Shown here one piece after another: positions 63,948 through 63,990 of a DNA stretch of 63,990 nucleotides (position 1 is its first letter; every line of letters begins with the position of its first letter). The notes under the pieces were generated by a model that worked only from the letters and a program-made list of their open reading frames with translations, had not been told where the DNA came from and did not search any database. Source of the stretch: Octopus bimaculoides (taxonomy: Eukaryota); assembly GCF_001194135.2 (NCBI RefSeq), contig NC_068991.1, positions 75,422,625 to 75,486,614 on the forward strand. Reading direction: 5' to 3'. A program made the translations under genes and the position numbers.

Positions 63948-63990
<43 letters not shown>
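63705..63990. repeat. Cryptic (CT)n array and terminal (TA)n
   Basis: ctctctccctctat(a)t-like units. Confidence 0.92.

Overview
AT-rich eukaryotic DNA with 10 assembly N-gaps. It is dominated by microsatellites, three recurrent tRNA-type SINE families and decayed transposons: mariner, hAT MITE, Helitron, RTE, an R4/Dong-like LINE with a restriction-like endonuclease, and Penelope-like elements. The repeat complement looks like an Octopus genome (inference from recalled SINE sequences). I found no intact host protein-coding exon, and nearly all ORF-track entries are microsatellite or gap artefacts. The strongest finding is a 2.24-kb insertion at 31774-34012. It has TGTTG...CAACA ends and a perfect 5-bp target duplication (GAGGG), and removing it restores a contiguous SINE. 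It has no paired LTRs and no pol or transposase. It carries a CCAAT/TATA/Inr-like promoter, a 28-bp minisatellite resembling a split tRNA-Lys primer-binding site, a decayed CCHC zinc-knuckle ORF and a polyA signal. Second is a set of about 7 dispersed minimal hammerhead-like motifs of the Penelope type, several with a non-canonical CCGACGA core. Boundaries of decayed repeats are approximate and were read by eye.
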